A stretch of 64,000 bases of DNA, from NCBI GenBank assembly GCA_937864925.1, contig CALMFH010000236.1:2542-66541 (forward strand), given 5' to 3'. The notes under the pieces are model-generated. The model searched no databases, was not told the DNA's origin, and was given only the letters and a program-made list of their open reading frames with translations. Made by a program: the position numbers and the translations under genes. Below, one piece after another: positions 9,331 through 19,857 of this stretch; position 1 is the stretch's first letter; each line of letters starts with the position of its first letter. Origin of the DNA: an uncultured Alphaproteobacteria bacterium. Its GTDB lineage: Bacteria > Pseudomonadota > Alphaproteobacteria > Rhizobiales > Ancalomicrobiaceae.

Positions 9331-10254
9331 TCACACCCGCTCGAGCCCGAACATGATCTCGAGGTTCTGCACCGCCGCGCCCGACGCCCCCTTGCCGAGG
9401 TTGTCGTACTGGCCGACGAGCAGGGCCTGGGCCGTCGCTTCGTTGCCGAAGACGTGGAGGCGCAGGGTATTGGTGCCGTTGAGGGCGCGCGGGTCGAGGC
9501 TCGCGGCGCCGCCGGCCGGGGCGAAGGGCATCACCTCGACCGCGCCGCGGTCGGCGTAGGTGGCGGCGAGGAGGGCGTGGATCGCGGCGAGGCCGGTCGA
9601 CTTCGCCAGCGTGTCGAGGTGCAGCGGCACCAGGGTCAGCATTCCTTGCGCGAAGTCGCCGACCGCCGGCTGGAACAGCGGCGCGCGGGTGAGCCCGGCG
9701 TAGCGGGTCATCTCGGGGATGTGCTTGTGGGCGAGACCCAGGGCATAGGGCAGGAACGGCACCGGATCGGCCGCCGCCTCGTAGTCCTCGATCATCTTGC
9801 GGCCGCCGCCGGAATAGCCGGAGATGCCGGAGACGGTCAGCGGATGGTCGGCGGCGAGGATGCCGGCCTCGACCAGCGGCCGGACGCAGGCGATGAAGCC
9901 CTGCGGCCAGCAGCCGGGGTTGGCCACCAGCTTGGCGGTGCGGATCTTCGCCGTCTGATCGGCGGCCATCTCGGCGAAGCCGTAGGTCCAGCCTTCGGCG
10001 ACGCGGAAGGCGGTCGAGGCGTCGATCACCCGGGTCGGCGCGTCGCCGATCAGGGCCACGGCCTCGCGGCTGGCGTCGTCGGGCAGGCAGAGGATGGCGA
10101 CGTCCGCGGTTCGGAGCAGCCGCTTGCGCTCCTCCGGGTCCTTGCGCTTCTCCGGGGCGATCGAGATCAGGGTGACGTCGCGGCGCGCGGCGAGACGCTC
10201 GCGGATCTGAAGACCCGTGGTTCCCGCTTCGCCGTCGATGAAGACCGTGGTCAT
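9331..10254 (-). CDS. argC: N-acetyl-gamma-glutamyl-phosphate reductase (short, type 2)
   Basis: [17 protein letters not shown] start, catalytic NPGCWPQG, and SGYSGGGRK. Confidence 0.9.
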   Translation of the reverse strand: MTTVFIDGEAGTTGLQIRERLAARRDVTLISIAPEKRKDPEERKRLLRTADVAILCLPDDASREAVALIGDAPTRVIDASTAFRVAEGWTYGFAEMAADQTAKIRTAKLVANPGCWPQGFIACVRPLVEAGILAADHPLTVSGISGYSGGGRKMIEDYEAAADPVPFLPYALGLAHKHIPEMTRYAGLTRAPLFQPAVGDFAQGMLTLVPLHLDTLAKSTGLAAIHALLAATYADRGAVEVMPFAPAGGAASLDPRALNGTNTLRLHVFGNEATAQALLVGQYDNLGKGASGAAVQNLEIMFGLERV

Positions 10255-10470
10255 GGCTCGCTCCGTCACGCCCGCGGGACCGACCCCCGCGCGGACAAGC
10301 CCATACACGGGCGCCGCGCCGCTGTCACGACTGCGGAACGCAGGTCTCGTAGCGGCGCTCAGGGACGCTCCCGCGTTCGAGCGCCGAACCAACGCGAATT
10401 CCGCCTGTACAGCGGGGCGCGAAGAATTCGCATGCGGAAGACCATCGAACATCCGTGATGTTCGATGGTC

Positions 10471-11361
10471 TCACCCGATCTCGATGTCGAGGCCGATGTC
10501 GAGGACGGGGGCGGAGTGGGTGATCCAGCCGCTCGAGATCAGGTCGACGCCGGTTTCGGCGATCGCCTTCACCGTGTCGAGGCCGACGCCGCCGGAGGCC
10601 TCCGTCGCGGCCCGGCCGGCGACGATCTTCACCGCTTGGCGCAGCGTGTCGGGACCCATGTTGTCGAGGAGGACGGCGTCGGGGCGCTCGGTCATCGCTT
10701 CGACCAGTTGATCGAGCCGGTCGACCTCGACCTCGATCTTGACCAGATGGCCAGCGAAGGCGCGGGCGCGGCGGATCGCTTCCGCCACCGAGCCGCAGAC
10801 GGCGATGTGGTTGTCCTTGATCAGGACGGCGTCGTCGAGGCCGAAGCGGTGGTTGGCACCACCGCCGCACTTCACCGCGTATTTCTCGAAGGCGCGCAGA
10901 CCCGGCGTCGTCTTGCGGGTGCAGACGATCTTGGCCTTCGTATGCGCGATCTCGTCGGCGAACATCCGGGTCGCCGAGGCGACACCGGAGAGATGGCCGA
11001 GGAAGTTCAGCGCCACCCGCTCGGCCGAGAGCACGGCGCGGGCCGAGCCTTCGACCCGGGCGATGACGTCGCCGGGGGCGAGGCGGGTGCCGTCGGCGAT
11101 CAGGGTCGAGAAGCGGATCGCCGGATCCATCATCGCCATCGCCCGGCGAGCGAAGTCGATGCCGGCGGAGACGCCGGGCTTGCGCGCCACGAAGGCGGCG
11201 ATCGCCTTGGCGTCGGGGGGAAGCGTCGCCTGGGCGGTGATGTCGCCGGCGCGGCCGAGATCCTCGAGCAATGCCGCCTCGACGGCGCGGTCGACGAGGA
11301 GGCGCGGCAGTTCGGGCAGATAGGCGGGGGCCGGTGTCGTCGGCTTCGAGGCATCGGTCAT
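10471..11361 (-). CDS. nadC: Nicotinate-nucleotide diphosphorylase (carboxylating)
   Basis: [24 protein letters not shown] and [15 protein letters not shown] motifs. The ATG overlaps the nadB stop (ATGA). Confidence 0.93.
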   Translation of the reverse strand: MTDASKPTTPAPAYLPELPRLLVDRAVEAALLEDLGRAGDITAQATLPPDAKAIAAFVARKPGVSAGIDFARRAMAMMDPAIRFSTLIADGTRLAPGDVIARVEGSARAVLSAERVALNFLGHLSGVASATRMFADEIAHTKAKIVCTRKTTPGLRAFEKYAVKCGGGANHRFGLDDAVLIKDNHIAVCGSVAEAIRRARAFAGHLVKIEVEVDRLDQLVEAMTERPDAVLLDNMGPDTLRQAVKIVAGRAATEASGGVGLDTVKAIAETGVDLISSGWITHSAPVLDIGLDIEIG

Positions 11362-12986
11362 GCGGGGACGGTCTCCGGGGTAGCGGACGCGCGCGCCTCT
11401 GCCGACAGGCGGCGGGCTTCGGCGAGCGTCAGATAGGTGCGTTTCGCCTGCGCCGGTTCGGTTTCGGGGAAATCGGCGCGGAAGTGGCCGCCACGACTTT
11501 CGCGGCGCGCCCAAGCGGCGGCGGCGACGAGGCGGGCGGCGATCAGCGAGTTGAGAGTGGCGACGTCGTGGGTGCGGGTCTCGAGCTCGTCGAAGGTGGC
11601 GAGCGCCGACGCCAGGCCGGCGCCGGTGCGCACCACGCCGACGTGGTCGGTCATGGTGCGGCGGATGACGTCGACGATGCCGGCATCCGGCGGGCCGGGC
11701 AGTTCGGCCTCCTCGTCGGCGCGACGCACCGACCAGCGCGCCACCTTCGGCGACGGCATCAGGCCCTGGATGTCCTGGGCGATGCGCGAGCCGAAGACCA
11801 CCGCCTCGAGCAGCGAGTTCGACGCCAGCCGGTTGGCACCGTGGACGCCGGTGGAGGCGACCTCGCCGCAGGCCCACAGGCCGTCGACCGACGTGCGGCC
11901 GTTGGCGTCGGTGAGCACGCCGCCCATGTGGTAGTGCTGCGCCGGGGCGACGGGGATGACGTCGCGGGTCGGATCGATGCCGGCGGAGACGCAGCTCTCC
12001 CACACCGTCGGGAATTTCTGCGGGAAGGCGGCGCCGACGGCGGTGCGGGCGTCGAGGAAAGCGCCGCGTCCTGCCGCAAGTTCGGCATGGATGGCGCGGG
12101 CGACGACGTCACGCGGCGCCAGTTCGCCATCGCCGTGGTAGTCGACCATGAAGCGGCGGCCGTCGCGGTTCACCAGGATGGCGCCCTCGCCGCGCAGCGC
12201 CTCGGTCGCCAGAGGAGCCGGGTCGCGGCCGATGTCGATGGCGGTCGGGTGGAACTGGACGAACTCGGTGTCGGCGAGGATGGCGCCGGCCCGCGCCGCC
12301 ATGGCAAGGCCCTGGCCGTTGGCCTGGGGCGGGTTGGTGGTCACCCGGTAGAGATGGCCGATGCCGCCGGATGCGAGTACCACCGCGTGGGCGGGGAACT
12401 CCACCGTGGTCAGCGCCCGGCCCTCGCTCGGACGCGCGATGACGCCGCGGATCGAGCGGCCGTCGCGGGTCAGGCTCTCGCCGACCCAGCCGGGCAGGAT
12501 GCGGATCGACGGGGTGGCGAGCGCTCGCTCGACCAGCGCCGCCATGATCTCCTGGCCGGCGCGGTCGCCCTTGACGTGGACGATGCGGCGCTCGGAATGC
12601 GCTGCCTCGCGGCCGACGGCCAGCCGCCCGGAAGGGTCGCGATCGAAGGGGACGCCGTAGCCGATCAGATCCTGGATGCGGGCCTCGGCCTCGCGGGTCA
12701 TCAGCCGGGCGACGCGCGCGTCGACGGTGCCGGCGCCGGCTGCGACGGTGTCGGCGAGGTGCTTCTCGGGGGTGTCGCCGGCGCCGACCGCCGCCGCCAT
12801 ACCGCCCTGCGCCCACCACGACGAGCCGCCGCCGCCGAGCGGCGCGGCGGTCAACACGGTGACCGGACGTGGGGCGAGGGTGAGGGCGCAGAAGATGCCG
12901 GCGAGGCCGCCGCCGATGATGACGACGTCGTCGATACCGCCGAAGGAACGCGGCGTGGCGAGATCGTTGAATTCGTTGTGGCCCAT
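11358..12986 (-). CDS. nadB: L-aspartate oxidase
   Basis: FAD fold [18 protein letters not shown], and RESRGGHFR. Start chosen at ATG 12986, which has an upstream GGAGG. Confidence 0.93.
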   Translation of the reverse strand: MGHNEFNDLATPRSFGGIDDVVIIGGGLAGIFCALTLAPRPVTVLTAAPLGGGGSSWWAQGGMAAAVGAGDTPEKHLADTVAAGAGTVDARVARLMTREAEARIQDLIGYGVPFDRDPSGRLAVGREAAHSERRIVHVKGDRAGQEIMAALVERALATPSIRILPGWVGESLTRDGRSIRGVIARPSEGRALTTVEFPAHAVVLASGGIGHLYRVTTNPPQANGQGLAMAARAGAILADTEFVQFHPTAIDIGRDPAPLATEALRGEGAILVNRDGRRFMVDYHGDGELAPRDVVARAIHAELAAGRGAFLDARTAVGAAFPQKFPTVWESCVSAGIDPTRDVIPVAPAQHYHMGGVLTDANGRTSVDGLWACGEVASTGVHGANRLASNSLLEAVVFGSRIAQDIQGLMPSPKVARWSVRRADEEAELPGPPDAGIVDVIRRTMTDHVGVVRTGAGLASALATFDELETRTHDVATLNSLIAARLVAAAAWARRESRGGHFRADFPETEPAQAKRTYLTLAEARRLSAEARASATPETVPA

Positions 12987-13058
12987 GGCGGCCTCCGTCC
13001 GGCGGGGGCGTCGGGCGCCCGGCACGGGACGGGGCGGTCGAGCCGCCCCGTTCGCCGC

Positions 13059-14180
13059 TCAGTTCTTGAGGTGGATCATGCGCTCGACCGCCCGGCGGGC
13101 GCGAGCCGCGACCTCCGCGTCGACCACCACCTCCTCCTTCATCTCGAGCAGGGCGTCGAGAATCTTCGGCAGGGTGATGCGCTTCATGTGCGGGCAGAGA
13201 TTGCACGGCCGCACGAACTCGACCTGCGGCGCCTCGGAGGCGACGTTGTCGGCCATCGAGCACTCGGTCACCAGCACGACGCGACCGCCGGCCGGGACGT
13301 GCTTGACGAAGTCGATCATCTTGGCGGTCGAGCCGGCGAAGTCGGAGGCGGCGATGACGTCCGGCGGGCACTCCGGATGGGCGATGATCCGCACACTCGG
13401 ATCGGCGTCGCGGTAGGCCTGGAGCTCTTCGCCGGTGAAGCGCTCGTGCACCTCGCAGGAGCCCTTCCAGGTGATGATCTTGACCTTGGAATTGGCCGCC
13501 ACCCAGCGCGCCAGATACTGGTCGGGCAGGCAGATGACGCGATCGACACCGAAGCTCTCGACCACCTCGACGGCGTTCGACGAGGTGCAGGTGATGTCGA
13601 CCTCGGCCTTCACCTCGGCCGAGGTGTTGACATAGGCGACGATCGGCACGCCGGGGAAGCGGCGACGCAGCAGGCGCACGTCTTCCGCCGTGATCGAGGC
13701 GGCGAGCGAGCAGCCGGCCTTGCCGTCGGGGATGAGGACGGTCTTCTCCGGCGACAGCACCTTCGAGGTCTCGGCCATGAAGTGCACGCCGCCCTGGACG
13801 ATGATGTCGGCGTCGGTCTTCTCGGCGAGGCGAGCGAGTTGCAGGCTGTCGCCGACGACATCGGCGACGCAGTGATAGATCTCCGGCGTCATGTAGTTGT
13901 GCGCCAGGATCACGGCGTTGCGGACCTTCTTGAGGTCGTTGATCGCCTTGACGTAGGGGGCGTGGAACGGCCACTCGATCGCCGGGATGACGTGGGCCAC
14001 CTTCTCGTAGAGATGGGCCGTCGCCGCGGCGACCTCGGGCGTGTACTCGAGGCTCGGACGGGGCAGCACGCCGAAGCGCTCGGCGGCGGTCTTCGCCGGC
14101 GCGGCCCTGCGGCGGCGGCGCGGCGCAGCGCGGGCCTCGCCCGTGGGAGCTTCGTTCGTCGCCACCACCATCTCGGTCAT
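13059..14180 (-). CDS. nadA: Quinolinate synthase
   Basis: [18 protein letters not shown] and CxxC-type cluster ligands ([17 protein letters not shown]). First gene of the nadABC operon. Confidence 0.93.
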   Translation of the reverse strand: MTEMVVATNEAPTGEARAAPRRRRRAAPAKTAAERFGVLPRPSLEYTPEVAAATAHLYEKVAHVIPAIEWPFHAPYVKAINDLKKVRNAVILAHNYMTPEIYHCVADVVGDSLQLARLAEKTDADIIVQGGVHFMAETSKVLSPEKTVLIPDGKAGCSLAASITAEDVRLLRRRFPGVPIVAYVNTSAEVKAEVDITCTSSNAVEVVESFGVDRVICLPDQYLARWVAANSKVKIITWKGSCEVHERFTGEELQAYRDADPSVRIIAHPECPPDVIAASDFAGSTAKMIDFVKHVPAGGRVVLVTECSMADNVASEAPQVEFVRPCNLCPHMKRITLPKILDALLEMKEEVVVDAEVAARARRAVERMIHLKN

Positions 14181-14200
14181 TCCGCTTCTCCTTCCGGCCT

Positions 14201-14219
14201 TATGCTCATATTGAGCATA
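14201..14219. promoter_or_regulatory. Perfect 8-3-8 palindrome TATGCTCA-TAT-TGAGCATA; candidate NadQ operator of nadABC
   Basis: Read directly from the sequence, 21 nt upstream of the nadA start codon. A NadQ-like regulator is encoded at 34276-35307. I could not check the consensus. Confidence 0.6.
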
Positions 14220-14500
14220 TCAGAGGCCCGAAAAAACACCGGGACCATCCGGCGTTCGCCCATCTCACGCGGGCCGAAGGAATATAGGGGGTATGGGGGC
14301 GTTTGAACAGACCCCGTCGTCATACGCTCGTCATCGAATTGCGCATGGCGGCTCCGCGTCCCATCAACGGCGTGAATGGGTTTCTTCGGCTCTTTTCGCT
14401 TTTCCCGGCCACGTGTTCCTGCGTAGATCGGACCGGAGAAATCTCTGCCGCGACCGAGGGTCGCGCCGGGACCGGACGGTCCCGAGGGGGGCATCACACC

Positions 14501-15739
14501 ATGACCGGGCCGTCGAGCGAACAGGGTTCGCGCTTTCCACTCTGGCTGATCGTCGTCTGCGGTTGTCTGATCGCGGCGATCAATTTCGGCCCGCGTTCGT
14601 CGATGGGTTTCTACCTGCGCCCCATCACCATGGAGCACGGCTGGAGCCGCGAGACCTTCTCGCTCGCCATGGCCTGGCAGAACCTGATGTGGGGCGTCGG
14701 CGCCACCTTCCTCGGCGGCTTCGCCGATCGTTACGGCACCGCCAAGACTCTGTCGATCGGCGCGGCGATCTATGCCCTCGGCATCCTCGCCATGGGCTGG
14801 GCGCAGACGCCGCTCGCTTTCCACGGCGCCGGAGTGCTGGTCGGTCTCGGCGTCGCCGGCTCCGCCTTCGGCATCGTCATGGCGGCTTTCGGCCGCGCCG
14901 TGACGCCCGACAAGCGCAGCCTCGTCTTCGGTTTCGCCACCGCTGCCGGATCGTTCGGCCAGTTCCTGTTCTCGCCGCTGACGCAGGGCCTGATCGTCAC
15001 CTTCGGCTGGCACGACAGCCTGACCATCCTGGCGGCCCTGATGGCGGCGATCCCGCTGCTCGCCATTCCGCTGATGGGCAAGCCGCCGGCCAAGATGGTG
15101 CACGGCCACGACCAGTCGATCGGCGAGGCCCTGAGGGAGGCGCTCGGGCATCGCAGCTACCTGCTGCTGGTCTCCGGCTTCTTCGTCTGCGGCTTCCAGA
15201 TCGCCTTCATCACCACCCACTTCCCGGCCTATCTGCAGGATGTCGGGCTCGATCCCAAGTGGGGCGTCACCGCACTGATGCTGATCGGTGTCTTCAACAT
15301 CGTCGGCTCGCTCGGCTCGGGTGTGCTCGGTATGCGGATGCCGAAGCGCTGGCTGCTCAGCTTCATCTACTTCGCCCGCTCGGTCGCCTTCACCCTGTTC
15401 CTCCTGTTCCCGGCGACGCCGATGTCGGTGATGCTCTTCGCCGCGGTGCTCGGGGTGTTGTGGCTGTCGACCGTGCCGCCGACCAACGCGCTGGTGGCGC
15501 TGATGTTCGGCACCCGCTACCTCGCCATGCTCGGTGGCGTGGTGTTCTTCTCCCACCAGGTCGGGTCGTTCCTCGGCGTGTGGCTCGGCGGCTGGCTCTA
15601 CGATCTCAACAGGAGCTACGACCCGGTGTGGTGGATGGGCGTCGCCCTCGGCCTCTTCGCGGCGGTCGTCCACCTGCCGATCCGCGAGGAGCCGGTCGAG
15701 CGGAGCCTGCCTGGAGGCGCGGTCCAGCCGGCCGAGTGA
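14501..15739 (+). CDS. MFS transporter
   Basis: 412 aa with about 12 TM helices. FGPRSSMGFYL and GGFADRYGT are MFS loop motifs. Start ATG 14501 follows GAGGGGGG. Confidence 0.8.
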   Translation: MTGPSSEQGSRFPLWLIVVCGCLIAAINFGPRSSMGFYLRPITMEHGWSRETFSLAMAWQNLMWGVGATFLGGFADRYGTAKTLSIGAAIYALGILAMGWAQTPLAFHGAGVLVGLGVAGSAFGIVMAAFGRAVTPDKRSLVFGFATAAGSFGQFLFSPLTQGLIVTFGWHDSLTILAALMAAIPLLAIPLMGKPPAKMVHGHDQSIGEALREALGHRSYLLLVSGFFVCGFQIAFITTHFPAYLQDVGLDPKWGVTALMLIGVFNIVGSLGSGVLGMRMPKRWLLSFIYFARSVAFTLFLLFPATPMSVMLFAAVLGVLWLSTVPPTNALVALMFGTRYLAMLGGVVFFSHQVGSFLGVWLGGWLYDLNRSYDPVWWMGVALGLFAAVVHLPIREEPVERSLPGGAVQPAE

Positions 15740-15753
15740 GATCGAGGCACGAA

Positions 15754-15882
15754 CCCTCCTCCCCCGCGCGGGGGAAGGTGGCCCGGCGAAGCCGGGTCGG
15801 AGGGAGTCATGGCCTCGAGCGAGGCCGAGATCGGGGTAACCGACTCCGCCCCCGCCCTCCCCCGCAAGGGGGGACGGAGCGG
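15754..15882. repeat. GC-rich REP-like element(s) downstream of the MFS gene and the DsbA-like gene
   Basis: ccctcctcccccgcgcgggggaaggtggcccggcgaagccgggtcggagggag is related to the 450-603 elements. A second imperfect hairpin, ccgcccccgccctcccccgcaaggggggacggagcgg, follows. Confidence 0.6.
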
Positions 15883-15883
15883 C

Positions 15884-16564
15884 TCAGGCGGTCGCCCGCT
15901 CCACCACCTTGTCGACGGCCTCGAACAGGATGCGACTGTCGACACGCACCGCGCCTTCCCCGGTGACGCGCGCCAGGGTCGGCACGCCGCGAGCGCCGAG
16001 GCGGCGCATCAGGTCACGGGCGAAACCGGCACGCTGGTTGAGGGCGTCGATGACGCCCTCGTCCTCGGCGAGGAAGGCGGCGACGGTGTCCTCGTCGATG
16101 CCGGCGCGGCGCAGTATCTCGGCGACCACGATCTCCGAGGTGATGTCGAGCCCGTCGACCCAGCGGGCCGCCTGCAGGGCATGAAGGACGGCGAGTGCCT
16201 TCTCCGGCTCGCGCATCTGCACGGCGGTCAGCGCCAGAGTGGCCGGGCCGCTGTCGATCTTGCCGCCCTCCTGGCCGAGGACCTTGTCGCGATAGGCCTC
16301 GGAGAAGGTCTGGCCGGTCAGCGCCCGGATCTTCTGGTCGTTGTCCCAGGCGTAGGCGGCGAAGTCGGGGGTCATCGGCCGGTCGCCGATGAAGAGGCCC
16401 GAGGCCACCACCTCGAGGCGCACCCCACTCTCCGCCAGCCGCGTCAGCGCCGGCGCCGCGCCCCAACACCAGCCGCAGAGCGGATCGACGATGGCGATCA
16501 GCGTGCCGGAGGCGAGAATGTCGGCGTCCGCGTCGAGGTCGGATGGCGGGAGCATGTCGGTCAT
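15884..16564 (-). CDS. DsbA-family thioredoxin-fold protein
   Basis: Active-site-like DPLCGWCWG near the N-terminus; 226 aa. Confidence 0.75.
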   Translation of the reverse strand: MTDMLPPSDLDADADILASGTLIAIVDPLCGWCWGAAPALTRLAESGVRLEVVASGLFIGDRPMTPDFAAYAWDNDQKIRALTGQTFSEAYRDKVLGQEGGKIDSGPATLALTAVQMREPEKALAVLHALQAARWVDGLDITSEIVVAEILRRAGIDEDTVAAFLAEDEGVIDALNQRAGFARDLMRRLGARGVPTLARVTGEGAVRVDSRILFEAVDKVVERATA

Positions 16565-16652
16565 GATGTCGGTCCTTCCTCGGCCTCGCCGAACGGTGGC
16601 GGGAGCCCGCCGCGCCCGGCCGAACGGTGATCGGCGCAGGAATCGGGCGGCG

Positions 16653-17753
16653 TCAGCCGCACTGGCCGCGATGGCGCAGCGCGTGGTCGGCGAGCACGAT
16701 CGCCATCATCGCTTCCGCCACCGGCACGGCGCGGATGCCGACGCAGGGGTCGTGGCGACCTTTGGTGATCAACTGGGTGTCGCGGCCCTGACGGTCGACG
16801 GTGTGGCGCGGCGTGAGGATCGACGAGGTCGGCTTGACCGCGAAGCGGGCGACGATGGTCTGACCCGAGGAGATGCCGCCGAGGATGCCGCCGGCGTGGT
16901 TCGAACGGAAGTTCGGGCCGTCGTTGCCGGCGAAGATCTCGTCGGCGTTCGCCTCGCCGGTCAGTTCCGCCGTCTCGAAGCCGTCACCGATCTCGACCCC
17001 CTTGACGGCGTTGATCGACATCAGCGCCGCGGCGATGTCCTGGTCGAGCTTGCCGTAGATAGGCGCGCCCCAGCCGGCGGGAACGCCCTCGGCCTGGACC
17101 TCGACCACCGCGCCGATCGACGATCCCGCCTTGCGAATCCCGTCGAGATACTCCTCGAAGCGGGTGACGGCGTCCGGATCCGGACAGAAGAACGGGTTGG
17201 TGTCGACCACCGCCCAGTCCCAGTTGGCCCGGTCGATCGCCTCGACGCCGATCTGCACCACCGCGGCGCGGATCTTAACACCACCGGGGACGAGGGCGTC
17301 GAGCACCTTGCGGGCCACGGCGCCGGCGGCGACGCGCGACGCCGTCTCACGCGCCGAGGAGCGGCCGCCGCCGCGATAGTCGCGGATGCCGTATTTGGCG
17401 TCGTAGGTGAAATCGGCGTGGCCGGGGCGAAACTTGTCGCGGATTTCGCCGTAGTCCTTCGAGCGCTGGTCGGTGTTGCGGATCATCAGCGAGATCGGCG
17501 TACCGGTGGTACGTCGCCCGGCGGTCGTGTCGTCCTCGAAGACGCCGGAGAGGATCTCGACGAGATCGGCCTCGCGGCGCTGGGTGACGAAACGGTTCTG
17601 CCCCGGCTTGCGGCGATCGAGATCGGCCTGGATGTCGGCTTCCGAGAGGGCGATGCCGGGCGGACAGCCGTCGACGACGGCACCGATCGCCGGTCCGTGG
17701 CTCTCGCCCCAGGTGGTGACACGGAAGAGATGGCCGAAGGTGTTGTGCGACAT
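16653..17753 (-). CDS. aroC: Chorismate synthase
   Basis: [33 protein letters not shown] and RHDPCV signatures. Confidence 0.95.
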   Translation of the reverse strand: MSHNTFGHLFRVTTWGESHGPAIGAVVDGCPPGIALSEADIQADLDRRKPGQNRFVTQRREADLVEILSGVFEDDTTAGRRTTGTPISLMIRNTDQRSKDYGEIRDKFRPGHADFTYDAKYGIRDYRGGGRSSARETASRVAAGAVARKVLDALVPGGVKIRAAVVQIGVEAIDRANWDWAVVDTNPFFCPDPDAVTRFEEYLDGIRKAGSSIGAVVEVQAEGVPAGWGAPIYGKLDQDIAAALMSINAVKGVEIGDGFETAELTGEANADEIFAGNDGPNFRSNHAGGILGGISSGQTIVARFAVKPTSSILTPRHTVDRQGRDTQLITKGRHDPCVGIRAVPVAEAMMAIVLADHALRHRGQCG

Positions 17754-17821
17754 GGACGGTCCCCGGATCGAGCCCTCGATCTAGGGGATCGTCCGGGCGC
17801 GGTCAAATCGGCCGGAACGCC

Positions 17822-18643
17822 TCACGCCAGTGTCTGCTTCAGGAAATGCAGCGTGCGGCTCCAGGCCAGGGCCGCGTCTTCGGCGTCATAGCGGGCGCCG
17901 GTCGGATTGGCGAAGGCATGATCGGCGTCGTACCAGTAGACCGTGAGCCGATCGGCCTTGCCGGCCTGCTTCATCGCCGCTTCGAACCCGGCGACCATCG
18001 TTCCGTCGATCGACTTGTCGAGGGTGCCGAAGTGGCCGATCACCGGACCGGCGAGCGCCTTCAACTGATCGGCCGACTTCTTGACGTTGCCGTAGTAGAT
18101 GACGGTGGCGTCGACGGGCACGGCGAGCGAGGCGTTGAGCGACCAGCCGCCACCGAAACACCAGCCGCAGGTGGCGACCTTGCCGGTGGAGCGCTCGTGG
18201 CGGCGGGCCCACTGTACCGCCGCGACCATCGCCTGGGTCGCCCATTCGGGATCGAGCGCCTGCATCAGCGCCTTGGCTTCCTCGGCATTGGCGGCGACCT
18301 TGCCGAAGAGATCGACGGCGATGGCGACGTAGCCTTCCTTGGCGAGCTCGGCGGCGACCGACTTGATCTGGTCGTTGAGGCCCCACCACTCATGGACGAG
18401 AATCACCGCCGGCCCCTTGGGTTGGGCGGGAAGAGCGACGGCGAGGTTCAGGGTGCGGTCGCGCGTCGTCGGGATGGTCACCATGTCGACACGGGCGGCC
18501 GAGGCCTGCGCCAGTGCCGGATCGGCGAGGATGGCGGCGATGGGCAGCGCGGCGAGGCCGGCGAGGAAGGCGCGTCTGTCGGCCTCAGGCACGACGATCG
18601 GCGGCAGATCGCTCTTGGTCCCACATCCGTCCAGAGTGCACAT
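17822..18643 (-). CDS. Dienelactone hydrolase family protein (Tat-exported?)
   Basis: RRAFLAGLAALPIAA twin-arginine-like signal, HEWWGLN, and a GWCFGGG nucleophile elbow. The tracked ORF extends to 18730. Confidence 0.8.
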   Translation of the reverse strand: MCTLDGCGTKSDLPPIVVPEADRRAFLAGLAALPIAAILADPALAQASAARVDMVTIPTTRDRTLNLAVALPAQPKGPAVILVHEWWGLNDQIKSVAAELAKEGYVAIAVDLFGKVAANAEEAKALMQALDPEWATQAMVAAVQWARRHERSTGKVATCGWCFGGGWSLNASLAVPVDATVIYYGNVKKSADQLKALAGPVIGHFGTLDKSIDGTMVAGFEAAMKQAGKADRLTVYWYDADHAFANPTGARYDAEDAALAWSRTLHFLKQTLA

Positions 18644-18764
18644 CCCGTCTCTCCCGATGGTCTTCGCGGATCCTCTGTCGATCCGTCTCGTTGGTGTCGC
18701 GTGTCCGGCGCGAAGGCTTCCCCGTCGCACGCCACGACATCGGGAAAACCCTCATGCGTCCCTA

Positions 18765-19358
18765 CTATAACCATGCCCCGCGGGCGTCCTGCCAGCGGAA
18801 TATGCGGTCCTGTGGAACGTAGTATACGGCCAGCGCGGGATCGCGATTGTTCTCGATGGCGAGGCGCAACGCGCGGAAGGTGCCGCCGTGCGAGACGATC
18901 ACCATGTCGCCCGTCGTGGTCGCCCACCAACGGGCGACGCGAGCGCAGAGCATGACGTAACTCTCGCCCTGCGGTGGCTGGTAGTGCCACTTGTCGTGGC
19001 GCAGACCGGCCATGGCGGCGGGATCGGCGGCCTCGATCTCGGCATGGGTCATGCCCTCGAAGATGCCGTAGCCGACCTCGCGCAGATCGGGTTCGAGCTC
19101 GTGGTCGGTGGCGGCGAGCCCGACGGCGCGGCGCACCCGCTCCATCGTCTCGCGGGCGCGAGAGAGCGGGCTCGAAACCCAGCGAAAGGCCGCGGGATCG
19201 AGGCCGGCATCGGCGAAATGAGCGGCGAGTGCGGCGCCGTTGGCCTCGGCCTGGGCGCGACCGGTGGCGTTCAAGGGAATGTCCTGCGCCCCCTGCAGGC
19301 GCCCGGCGACGTTCCAATCGGTCAGGCCGTGGCGGATGTGATAGATCGTGCGGGTCAC
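18765..19358 (-). CDS. Histidine phosphatase (phosphoglycerate mutase) family protein
   Basis: IYHIRHGLTDWN catalytic RHG motif and VSHGGT. Confidence 0.85.
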   Translation of the reverse strand: MTRTIYHIRHGLTDWNVAGRLQGAQDIPLNATGRAQAEANGAALAAHFADAGLDPAAFRWVSSPLSRARETMERVRRAVGLAATDHELEPDLREVGYGIFEGMTHAEIEAADPAAMAGLRHDKWHYQPPQGESYVMLCARVARWWATTTGDMVIVSHGGTFRALRLAIENNRDPALAVYYVPQDRIFRWQDARGAWL

Positions 19359-19416
19359 CGGCCGAACCTCGAAACGCGGAGCGTCGGGAGGGTCTTAGCC
19401 GAGGGAGGGGACGATC

Positions 19417-19857
19417 TCAACCGTGGTCGTCCGAGGCGGCAGCCTCACGTCGTTTGCGCTCGACCACTTCATCGAGATAGGCGCGGCCCTCGGCGGTGAT
19501 GAAGCGATAGTCGCCCCAGCCGAGATCGGGCATGCCCTCGGCGATCCACTCGGCGACGACACCCTCGACGATCTCCTCGGGCGTGTCTGCCCCGTAATGG
19601 ACGGGGCCGTCGAGGTGCCCCGCACGGCTGTACATCTCCCAGTGCTCCGGCCGGGCGCCGATCGCGGCCAGCGCCGCGACGCCACGGCGAACATAGGCGA
19701 CGAGGTCGTCGCCCTCGAGGCCGAAGCTGCGGCGACCGTCGGAGACGATCGAGGCGAGGTTCACGCCGATCTCGTCGTCGATCACCTCGTGGACGTAGCC
19801 TGCTACGTAATCGTCCATGGTTCCGCCGTCGAGGCGGCTGCGCAGTTCGTTCTTCAT
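19417..19857 (-). CDS. Hypothetical acidic 146-aa protein; candidate immunity partner
   Basis: ATG 19857-19855 overlaps the TGA 19856-19854 of the upstream gene. The protein is Asp/Glu-rich. No family recognised. Confidence 0.6.
   Translation of the reverse strand: MKNELRSRLDGGTMDDYVAGYVHEVIDDEIGVNLASIVSDGRRSFGLEGDDLVAYVRRGVAALAAIGARPEHWEMYSRAGHLDGPVHYGADTPEEIVEGVVAEWIAEGMPDLGWGDYRFITAEGRAYLDEVVERKRREAAASDDHG

Noticed and set aside
11271-14306. 1011-aa ORF on the + strand over nadB and nadA
   Set aside because: It is antisense to clearly recognisable nadB and nadA. Its composition is Gly/Arg/Asp/Ala-rich, and stop-codon scarcity explains its length.
14220-14500. Riboswitch (for example NAD-type) in the long leader of the MFS gene
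   Set aside because: I could see no recognisable conserved riboswitch core. There are only short local hairpins (gggaccggacggtccc). cmscan would be needed to decide.
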